Below are positions 10,062-17,625 of a stretch of DNA of 64,000 nt, piece by piece (the first letter of the stretch is position 1; every line of letters begins with the position of its first letter). The notes beneath the pieces were generated by a model. The model did no database searches. It had not been told where the DNA came from and saw only the letters and a program-made list of their open reading frames with translations. A program made the position numbers and the translations under genes. Source of the stretch: Actinomycetota bacterium. GTDB lineage: Bacteria; Actinomycetota; Acidimicrobiia; Spongiisociales; UBA11373. Location: positions 10,067 through 74,066 of the forward strand of contig JAHJML010000174.1 of assembly GCA_018821365.1 (NCBI GenBank), given 5' to 3'.

Positions 10062-11666
10062 GTGAGCGATCAGACGGACGACGGCATCGTCGAGGAACCC
10101 GCCGGCACCGACGGGATGAACCAGGTCCCGCCGACCGGGGCGCCGCCCGGCAAGGACGCCGACGGCCGTTCCCCCACGAACATCTTCACTTTCCCGATGA
10201 CGGCCATCGGGGGTGGCATGGTGCTCGCCGGTGTGGTCGCCTTCTTCGTTCTGATGCTGATCGACCTGACCAGCCAGACCGAGAACCCGTATCGGGCCAT
10301 CGTCACCTGGCTGGCGATCCCGGCGGTCATCACCCTTGGTCTCGTGATCGCAGTGATTGGGATCGTCGTCCGATCCCGGATGGCCCGGCGCCGCGGGGAG
10401 AGCATCCGATTCCTGCTGCGGATCGAGCCCTCCAACCCTCGCTACATGCGCAACCTGTGGCTGTTCCTCGGGTTGGCGGCCGTCCTGATCGTCCTGGTCG
10501 CCTACGGCGGCATACGTGCCTATGAGACCACCGAATCGGTCGCCTTCTGCGGAGAGGCGTGTCACGAGGTGATGGGGCCCCAGAACACCACCTACCTCGC
10601 ATCCGCCCACGCCAGGGTCCCCTGCACCGAGTGTCACATCGGCCCGGGACGGTCCTTCTGGGTCAAGTCCAAGCTCGACGGCATCCGCCAGGTGTGGAAG
10701 ACGATGACCAACACCTTCGACCGTCCGATCGCAACCCCGGTGACCAGTCTGCGCCCCGCCCAGGAGACCTGCGAGCACTGTCACTGGCCCGAGCAGTTCT
10801 ACGGGCAGCAGTTGGTGAACCTCAGCTACTACCGGAGCGACGAGGCCAACTCGCCGTGGACGATCAGCCTGCTGGTCAACGTGGGCGGCGGGAACCCCCG
10901 CACCGGTACCGCCGAGGGCATCCATTGGCACATGATCACCAACAACACCATCGAGTACATCGCCGTGGATCGCGATCGCCAGGAGATTCCGTGGGTGCGC
11001 CTCAACCGGGAGGACGGGACCCAGGTGGTGTACGCCGATCCGGACGCCGGCATCGGCCCCGACTCCCCCGGGGTCGAGGTCCGCACCTTCGACTGCATCG
11101 ACTGCCACAACCGGCCGAGCCACACGTTCGAGCCGCCGGCGACCGCCATCAACCTCCGCATCGCCCAGGGCAGCATCTCCCGGGACCTGCCGTTCATCCG
11201 CCGGGTGGGCCTCGACCTGCTCAACGCCGAATACCAGACCACCCCGGAGGCCAACGAGGCCATCCCGGCCGGCTTGGTGGCCTTCTACGCGGCGGAGTAC
11301 CCCGACGACGTAGAGGCGTTTCGGGCGGACATCGATCGGGCGGCAGAGGCACTGGTGAAGATCTACGACGGCAACTTCTTCCCCGAGATGAAGACCGACT
11401 ACCGGGTGCGGGTGAACAACCTGAGCCACTTCACCAACGACGGCTGCTTCCGGTGCCACAACACCGACCTCGTCTCCGACCAGGGCATCGGCATCGGCAC
11501 CGCCTGCGACACCTGCCACTCGATCGTGGCGCAGGGGCCCTCGGAGGACGTCAACGAGTTGCAGAGTGACCTGGGTGGCCTGGAGTTCGAGCACCCGGTC
11601 GACATTGGCGGCGTATGGGATCGTATCAAGTGCACCCAGTGCCACACCCCCGCTCAGGGGTACTGA
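10062..11666 (+). CDS. heptahaem NapC/NirT-family c-type cytochrome with two N-terminal TM helices (ImcH-like)
   Basis: Seven CxxCH: CGEACH, CTECH, CEHCH, CIDCH, CFRCH, CDTCH, CTQCH. N-terminal TM helices; the first two haems have NapC/NirT-like spacing. GTG start, RBS AGGGGAGA. Confidence 0.8.
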   Translation: MSDQTDDGIVEEPAGTDGMNQVPPTGAPPGKDADGRSPTNIFTFPMTAIGGGMVLAGVVAFFVLMLIDLTSQTENPYRAIVTWLAIPAVITLGLVIAVIGIVVRSRMARRRGESIRFLLRIEPSNPRYMRNLWLFLGLAAVLIVLVAYGGIRAYETTESVAFCGEACHEVMGPQNTTYLASAHARVPCTECHIGPGRSFWVKSKLDGIRQVWKTMTNTFDRPIATPVTSLRPAQETCEHCHWPEQFYGQQLVNLSYYRSDEANSPWTISLLVNVGGGNPRTGTAEGIHWHMITNNTIEYIAVDRDRQEIPWVRLNREDGTQVVYADPDAGIGPDSPGVEVRTFDCIDCHNRPSHTFEPPATAINLRIAQGSISRDLPFIRRVGLDLLNAEYQTTPEANEAIPAGLVAFYAAEYPDDVEAFRADIDRAAEALVKIYDGNFFPEMKTDYRVRVNNLSHFTNDGCFRCHNTDLVSDQGIGIGTACDTCHSIVAQGPSEDVNELQSDLGGLEFEHPVDIGGVWDRIKCTQCHTPAQGY

Positions 11667-11687
11667 TCGGCACCTAGCCGCCAACTC

Positions 11688-11724
11688 GAGAGGCCCCGGG
11701 TTCCCCCTCTACCCGGGGCCTCTC
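11688..11724. terminator. GC-rich hairpin (14-bp stem GAGAGGCCCCGGGT/ACCCGGGGCCTCTC, 9-nt loop) between convergent genes; candidate bidirectional terminator
   Basis: Perfect inverted repeat read directly. Lies between the stop of the ImcH-like gene (11666) and the stop of the bc-complex operon (11819). Confidence 0.5.
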
Positions 11725-11818
11725 TGCGCGGCATCCCGGGTGCACCGGGCTAACCCGGCAGCGGCTCGTCGACAACGACACCCGCCGGCGCCTGAGCGAG
11801 CCTGTGCGGCCGTGCCGC

Positions 11819-13912
11819 TCAGTTGTCGGGTGCCCCCTGGCGGATCCAGGCGAGGATCGCATCCACCTCGGTGGTCGGGAGGGACCCGGAGGGCGGCATG
11901 AACCCGCCTGTCCCGGTGCCGAGCAGCCATTGGCCGAGGAGGCTGTTCTCCGCATCGCCGGGGATGACCGCGGGTCCGCTGTTGCCGCTCGCCATCACCG
12001 ACTGGTACGACTCGGCCGACCATCCGCCGGACGCTCCGTGGCACGCCAGGCACTTCGACTGGAAGATGGGCAGCACGTCGCCCGAGAAGGACACCTCCGC
12101 AACCGGCCCGGGGGTGCCCGGTCCGCCCTGCAGCGAGCGGATCAACTCGACCAGTCCGGAGATCTGCTCGTCGGTGAGGATGTCCCCCCAGCCGATCATG
12201 GCGGTGGCCGGGTGGCCGAGGTCGATCGTCTCGAACAACTGGCTGTCGGAGTGGATCGCCTGCCACTCCGGAGATTGGAACGAAGGCCCGATCCCGCCCT
12301 CCCCGTCGGCGCCGTGGCATTGGGCACAGAACCCTGCGTAGATGTCGGCGACATCCACCAGCAACGGGGCCCGCTCGACCGCCGGCGGGAGCTCGACCGG
12401 AGGGTTGTCCTGCCAGGACCGGATGTAGGCGACGATCGCCCCCACCTCGTCGGCGTCCAGGGGGCCGCCGAAGGCCAGGCCGAAGGGTGACATCCCCGAG
12501 TCGGGCTGCCCCTGGGTGATGATGGCCCTGATGGTGATGTAGTCGCGGGTCACCAGGTACTGCTCGGTGCTGATCGGGCCGATCGTGAAGGATGGATCGA
12601 CCGGGCTGGCCCCTCCCTCCCCGAACTCGCCGTGGCACACCGTGCAGTGCTGCTCGAACAGGGTCTTTCCGAGCACGGCAGGCGAACCCTGGCTGGCCTC
12701 ATAGGCGTAGTCGGTCAGGGCGTCCAATTGCTCGGCGGTGAGCACGTCGCCCCAGACCGGCATCGTTTGGTGGGAACCACCCTTGACGATGATCTCGGTG
12801 GCGGCTTCCACCGACTCGGCCACCGGAACCCGGGTTCCGTGGCACACGGCGCAGTCGGCCTCGAAGAGGGCAGCACTCGAAGCGGGCGCCGTGTCGGGGG
12901 CCACCACGTAGGCGGCCAGAGCGGCGATGTCGGCATCGGGGAGGACTCCGCCCATCGCCGGCATCGTCAGATGCCCCCCACCCTTCTCGATGATCGCCAG
13001 CAACTCGTTGCGCGTTCCGGCGAACTGGGCGCTGTTGCCGTGACAGGCGGCGCAGTTGAGCACGAACAGACGGTGTCCGTCGGGTGCGATGAGGAAGTTG
13101 ACGAGGGCGGTCGCCGAACTCTCGTCGAGCGAGGGGAGGTCGAGGCCCGCGTGCGGTTCGAACTCCGAGCCGGGCTGGAGGGCCGCCCGGAGGGTGAGCG
13201 GTTGGGTGGCAGCCAGGCCGACCGCCTGGTGGCACCCCGAACAGGAGTCCTGGAACACGGCGCTGCCGTTGGGCGAGAGGACGAAGCCGACCAGGGCGTC
13301 GATCTCGTCTGAGGAAAGGTCGCCGCTCCAGGCCGGCATCCCCTCGTGGCCGCCCTGGGAGATCACGTCGCCGAGATTGACTCCGGCGGGAACGGCGATC
13401 GAGGTGCCGTGGCACCCCGAGCAGTTCTCGGTGTAGAGGAGGGCGACCGGGTCGCCGCCGGCGGCCTCGAGGGGCGGTTCCGCCGCCAGCAGCGCCTGCA
13501 CGGTGAGGCCCAGCACCCCGAGGAAGAGGAACACCACGAACCCGAGGACGATGGGACGCCCCCGGATGTTGCGGGTGCGGGATCGATCCAGCCATGGGAG
13601 TGCCGCCAGGATGAGGAGGATCGCCCCGGGCAGGATGATCACGCCGACAAACTCCAGGTTCCCCGGGAAGAACTTGAGCAACTGGAAGAGCCAGAGGAAG
13701 TACCACTCGGGCCGGGGTGTGAACGAGTCGTCGGACGGGTTGGCCTGGTCGCCCAGTTCGGCACCGATCACGGCGGAGAGCACCACCAACGCCACGAACA
13801 CCAGCAGGGAGACTATGGCGTCCTTGAACAGGGCGTTGGGGAAGAACGGGATGCCCCGCTTCTTGTCCTCCTGGTACTTCTCCAGGTAGTCACGCCTGTC
13901 CTGTTCCCGCAT
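11819..13912 (-). CDS. cytochrome b C-terminal domain (subunit IV / QcrC-like) fused to seven class-I cytochrome c domains
   Basis: N-terminus has three TM helices and the PEWY motif (PEWYFLWLFQLLKFFP) of cytochrome b / subunit IV. Then seven CxxCH (CSGCH x2, CAACH, CAVCH, CTVCH, CAQCH, CLACH), each followed about 40-60 aa later by a Met-Pro axial-ligand-like motif. Confidence 0.85.
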   Translation of the reverse strand: MREQDRRDYLEKYQEDKKRGIPFFPNALFKDAIVSLLVFVALVVLSAVIGAELGDQANPSDDSFTPRPEWYFLWLFQLLKFFPGNLEFVGVIILPGAILLILAALPWLDRSRTRNIRGRPIVLGFVVFLFLGVLGLTVQALLAAEPPLEAAGGDPVALLYTENCSGCHGTSIAVPAGVNLGDVISQGGHEGMPAWSGDLSSDEIDALVGFVLSPNGSAVFQDSCSGCHQAVGLAATQPLTLRAALQPGSEFEPHAGLDLPSLDESSATALVNFLIAPDGHRLFVLNCAACHGNSAQFAGTRNELLAIIEKGGGHLTMPAMGGVLPDADIAALAAYVVAPDTAPASSAALFEADCAVCHGTRVPVAESVEAATEIIVKGGSHQTMPVWGDVLTAEQLDALTDYAYEASQGSPAVLGKTLFEQHCTVCHGEFGEGGASPVDPSFTIGPISTEQYLVTRDYITIRAIITQGQPDSGMSPFGLAFGGPLDADEVGAIVAYIRSWQDNPPVELPPAVERAPLLVDVADIYAGFCAQCHGADGEGGIGPSFQSPEWQAIHSDSQLFETIDLGHPATAMIGWGDILTDEQISGLVELIRSLQGGPGTPGPVAEVSFSGDVLPIFQSKCLACHGASGGWSAESYQSVMASGNSGPAVIPGDAENSLLGQWLLGTGTGGFMPPSGSLPTTEVDAILAWIRQGAPDN

Positions 13913-13916
13913 ACGG

Positions 13917-14576
13917 CTACTCCCCCTTCTTGGGAGGCGCCGAGATGCCGTTGCGCACCACCAGGTAGAGGTGGAGGCCCACCAGGAGCAGCAGGATCGC
14001 CGGCAGCACCCACACGTGGATCCCGTAGAAGCGGGACAGGGTCACCGCGCTCAGGTCGTCCCCGCCCCTCGCCACCCGCAGCGCCCAGTCACCGATGAGC
14101 GGCGTCACCTCCAACATGCGGGTGCCCACCACGGTGGCCCAGTAGGCCTTCTGGTCCCAGGGAAGCAGGTACCCGGTGAACCCGAACGCCAGCGTCAGTA
14201 CCAGCAGCCCCACCCCCGACAGCCAGGTGATCTCCCGCGGGAACTTGTACGCCCCGTGGTAGATCACCCGCACCATGTGGAGCCCGACCAGCAGGACCAT
14301 GGCGCTGGCCCCCCAGTGGTGCATGCCCCGGATCAGCCACCCGGCGGTCAGGTCGTGGGAGATGAAGTCGACGGTGGCGTAGGCATCCTGGACACTGGGC
14401 ACGTAGTAGATGGTGAGGAGGATCCCGGTGATGATCTGATTGACCACCACGATCAAGGTGGCGCTGCCGAGGGTGTAGGCCCAGTTGACCTTGGGCACCT
14501 GGCGGAGGAACACCCCATCCCAGACGAGGCGCCACCCGGTTCGCTCATCCAGCCAGCCGCCGACCCGGTCGCTCAT
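13917..14576 (-). CDS. cytochrome b6 (N-terminal four-helix dihaem-b domain of a split cytochrome b)
   Basis: 219 aa with conserved His pairs in helices B and D (GMHHWGASAMV..HMVRVIYHG ... FYGIHVWVLP) and the TGYLLPWDQ motif. Confidence 0.9.
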   Translation of the reverse strand: MSDRVGGWLDERTGWRLVWDGVFLRQVPKVNWAYTLGSATLIVVVNQIITGILLTIYYVPSVQDAYATVDFISHDLTAGWLIRGMHHWGASAMVLLVGLHMVRVIYHGAYKFPREITWLSGVGLLVLTLAFGFTGYLLPWDQKAYWATVVGTRMLEVTPLIGDWALRVARGGDDLSAVTLSRFYGIHVWVLPAILLLLVGLHLYLVVRNGISAPPKKGE

Positions 14577-14577
14577 C

Positions 14578-15051
14578 TCACGCCTCCAGGCTCACGAAGA
14601 TCTGGCCGTCCTCCACCTTGACGGGGAACTCATCCAGACCCCTCGGCGGCGGGCCGGCGACCACCTGCCCGTCGACACTGAAGACGCCGTTGTGACAGGG
14701 GCAGAAGAACTCGTTCTGGTCGGCGACCCAGCGGACCCGGCACCCGAGGTGCGTGCAGACGTTGGAGAACCCCCTGAACTCGCGACCGTCGTGGGTGACG
14801 ACGTAGACGGCCACCTCCGCCTCGGTGGAGACCCATCCACTGGTCTTGGTGACCTTCGCCTTGAAGAGGGAGGGCGTTCCAATGTCGACTCGATCAGCGG
14901 CGCCGAGTACGATCCACTCCGCCTCGCCCGTCTTCTTCTTGGCCGGGCTCAGCACGTAGGCAACCCCCGGTACCGCCCAGCCGATCCCGATGGCGGCGGC
15001 AATGGCAACGGTGGCTCTACTGAGGAACTTCCGCCGGTCCATTGGTGCCAT
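14578..15051 (-). CDS. Rieske [2Fe-2S] iron-sulfur protein, Tat-exported
   Basis: Twin-arginine signal RRKFLSRATVAIAAA. Rieske boxes CTHLGC and CPCHNG. Confidence 0.9.
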   Translation of the reverse strand: MAPMDRRKFLSRATVAIAAAIGIGWAVPGVAYVLSPAKKKTGEAEWIVLGAADRVDIGTPSLFKAKVTKTSGWVSTEAEVAVYVVTHDGREFRGFSNVCTHLGCRVRWVADQNEFFCPCHNGVFSVDGQVVAGPPPRGLDEFPVKVEDGQIFVSLEA

Positions 15052-15190
15052 GGTGCTCGCCCTTCCCCGGAAACCCCGTCGTTCGGCATTCCTAGCGGAA
15101 AGCGTTCGGCGCGCCGTCCACCCGGGACGTTCGGACTCTAGCCAGCGCCTCTCACGTCCGCAGCCGTGTCGGAAAGGCGTCCGCCGGACG

Positions 15191-15223
15191 CCAAGGGGCC
15201 CGGGATGACCCCGGGCCCCTTGG
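15191..15223. terminator. GC-rich hairpin CCAAGGGGCCCGGG-atgac-CCCGGGCCCCTTGG downstream of the decahaem cytochrome gene
   Basis: 14-bp perfect stem read directly. Lies between the decahaem gene stop (15242) and the Rieske start (15051). No U-tract, as is common in high-GC genomes. Confidence 0.45.
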
Positions 15224-15241
15224 TCCTTGCGAGAGGTGCGA

Positions 15242-17362
15242 CTACGGCCGGGTGTAGCCGGTCACATCCCCACCGACGTTCTCGATCGAGTCGATCAGCA
15301 ACTGGATCACGTACTTGCCGTTGTGGGCGAATCCACCCGGATCCTTGACGGCGTACTGGTAGTTGTAGGCCGAGCCAAGCAGCGCCGGTGTCCACATGCC
15401 GAACGCCTCATCACCACTGAAGAAGTACGGATACCGGTTCGGGTCGTAGATCAGGTCCCCGAGGCCGTATGCCTCGGAATAGGCCTGGAGCGCTGCGTAG
15501 AGGTCAGCCCGGAGGGTGTCGATCTCTCCGTACAGTCCTTCGGCCGCGTCCCCGTCACCGTCGAAGTCGCCCTCGCTGATGCGGAACGCCATCGGGTCGT
15601 CGCTGCCGTGGCAGCCTGCGCACGACTCGACCTTGACCTCCAGGGTGTGGGACCCATGGCATTCGGTGCAGGTGTCGAAACCCTCGACATGGGCATTGCG
15701 ACCCGCGTACTCCTTGCCGGCGAACTGGAACCCGCCCTGCACCTCCCCTCCGAACAGGGTCGCCCCTGCTGGGAAGTAGTGCACGTTGCGGAACCGCAAA
15801 CCCTCGACGACGTCGTTGGGTCCGGCATCGCCGATGGCCGCATTGACGCTGACCGTGGACTCGCGTCCCTGGTGGCAGTTCATGCAGAGATTGCCGTCGG
15901 CGCTCCCGCTGTCGACCTCGAGCCCGCTCGGGAACTCGACTGGGCCTGCCTCGTGGCGAGTCCAGGTGGTGAAGTCGTTGTGGCAGGTCGAGCACAGGAA
16001 GCCGTTGCTGGGCTCCTGGCTGACGGTGACGCCCTCAGCGAGGAACAGCGGCAAGCCGGCTGCACTGTGGCACTTGGAGCACGACGCCGGCACCACTGCC
16101 GGGTCGTCCTCGTCCCAGTGGCGGAAGGCCTCCTCAGAGCCGGCGAAGTGCCCATGGTCGATGCGATGGGCCGCATCGACGGCGATCGGGCTGCTCAGCA
16201 CCGAGTTGAGGTCCTCGGTGGAGTCGCTCAGCAACTGGAGGATGTACTTGCCGCCGTGGGCGAACGCCCCCGGATCCTTCAAGGCCACCTGATAGTTGTA
16301 CGCCGCCCTCACGAGGCGCGGAGTCCAGGCCGGGTAGGCATTGCCGAAGTTGGCCTCGCCCTCGGTCACGGCCCCGTCGCCGTCGGTGTCGGCGAAGAAG
16401 TACGGATAGGTCAGACCGTCGTAGACAAGCCCGGTGCCCACGGTCTCGGAGGCATACGCCTGCATCGCCAGATACAGCGTGGCGGTCGCGCCCTCGATCT
16501 CGTAGTAGATGCCTTCGGCCAGGTCGCCGTCGCCGTCGTAATCGACCAGAGAGCCCATCATGCGGACGTTCTTCAGGTCGTCCGCCGAGGTCACTCCGAC
16601 GTGACACGTGGCGCATTCCTCGATCTTGAGTTCGAGGCTGTGCGGATTGTGGCAATCCACACAGGTCTCGTAACCCTCGATGTGGGTGAAGAAGGCGTCA
16701 TAGGTCCCGCCTTCGTACTGGTAGCCGCCCATCGCCTCGTTGCCGTACTTGGTGGCTGCGGCGGCAAAGTAGTGGATGTTGATGAACCCGAGATCTTCGC
16801 TGACTTCGTCGTCACCAACGCCGGCGGCGGTGATCGCCTCGTCCACCGTCACCTTGGATGCCCTGCCCTGGTGGCAGGTCATGCAACGAGCCTCTGCACC
16901 CAGGCCGGTCAGCTCGACACCGGATGGCATCGTCACGCTGTCCAGGGCCAGGGTGGCCGCGTTGTGACAGGTCGTACAGGTGATGGTCGTGTCGGGATCG
17001 TGGGCAGCGTCGACGACTCCGGCAGCGCTCCCGTCGGCGCCGACGAAGTCCTGGAAGCCGGTACCGACGTGGCACTTGGCACAGGACTCGGGCACGACCG
17101 CCGGGTCGTCCCCGTCCCAGTGTCGGAAGGCTTCGGCGTCGGCGGCATTGTGGGCAGACGCCTCCCATGCTGCGAGGAACGGGATCTCGACCGCAGGCTC
17201 CACCACCACGGGGACCGTGGTGGTGGTCGCCGGCGCCTCGGTGGTGGTCACCGGGGCGGCGGTCGTAGTCGTTCCTGCGTCGTCGCCGCTACAGGCGGCG
17301 ATGACCAGGGAGAGGGCTGCGAGCAGTGCGCCGATCGTCGACAGCCTGGATCGATGGGTCAT
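15242..17362 (-). CDS. decahaem c-type cytochrome lipoprotein with internal pentahaem duplication
   Basis: Lipobox LSLVIAACSG followed by a Thr-rich linker. Ten CxxCH: CAKCH, CTTCH, CMTCH, CVDCH, CATCH, CSKCH, CSTCH, CMNCH, CTECH, CAGCH. The two halves are clearly homologous (AFRHWDGDDPAVVPESCAKCH vs AFRHWDEDDPAVVPASCSKCH). Confidence 0.85.
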   Translation of the reverse strand: MTHRSRLSTIGALLAALSLVIAACSGDDAGTTTTAAPVTTTEAPATTTTVPVVVEPAVEIPFLAAWEASAHNAADAEAFRHWDGDDPAVVPESCAKCHVGTGFQDFVGADGSAAGVVDAAHDPDTTITCTTCHNAATLALDSVTMPSGVELTGLGAEARCMTCHQGRASKVTVDEAITAAGVGDDEVSEDLGFINIHYFAAAATKYGNEAMGGYQYEGGTYDAFFTHIEGYETCVDCHNPHSLELKIEECATCHVGVTSADDLKNVRMMGSLVDYDGDGDLAEGIYYEIEGATATLYLAMQAYASETVGTGLVYDGLTYPYFFADTDGDGAVTEGEANFGNAYPAWTPRLVRAAYNYQVALKDPGAFAHGGKYILQLLSDSTEDLNSVLSSPIAVDAAHRIDHGHFAGSEEAFRHWDEDDPAVVPASCSKCHSAAGLPLFLAEGVTVSQEPSNGFLCSTCHNDFTTWTRHEAGPVEFPSGLEVDSGSADGNLCMNCHQGRESTVSVNAAIGDAGPNDVVEGLRFRNVHYFPAGATLFGGEVQGGFQFAGKEYAGRNAHVEGFDTCTECHGSHTLEVKVESCAGCHGSDDPMAFRISEGDFDGDGDAAEGLYGEIDTLRADLYAALQAYSEAYGLGDLIYDPNRYPYFFSGDEAFGMWTPALLGSAYNYQYAVKDPGGFAHNGKYVIQLLIDSIENVGGDVTGYTRP

Positions 17363-17425
17363 GTCACTCCTCCCGCAAGGTGCGGCTAACTACCCGATAT
17401 CCTTGCAGCCCCGCATGCCGCCGCT

Positions 17426-17443
17426 TAGGGACTTTCGGCCCTA
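17426..17443. promoter_or_regulatory. imperfect palindrome TAGGGAC-TTTC-GGCCCTA, 63 nt upstream of the decahaem cytochrome start (site b); also 182 nt upstream of the divergent PQQ dehydrogenase gene
   Basis: Read directly; near-identical to site a. Confidence 0.4.
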
Positions 17444-17625
17444 ATCGACCGGGTGTCGGATTCGCCGGTTCCGGCAGGGCATCGGCCGATCGGCATCGTG
17501 CTGGTGGAGCCCAGGGTTGCCTCCGCGGCGGAACCCGTGGCCGGGTCGATCTCGCGGTGGGGGCGCACCACCAACCGGGAGTCGACGCGGCGTCGTGACG
17601 GCTTCCCTGGCATCATGAGGCCTCC

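Noticed and set aside
9795-11684. 629-aa minus-strand ORF opposite the ImcH-like gene
   Set aside because: Antisense shadow. The plus frame has seven CxxCH and TM helices; the minus frame is low complexity.
15227-17389. 720-aa plus-strand ORF opposite the decahaem cytochrome gene
   Set aside because: Antisense shadow. The minus frame carries ten CxxCH with clear internal duplication.
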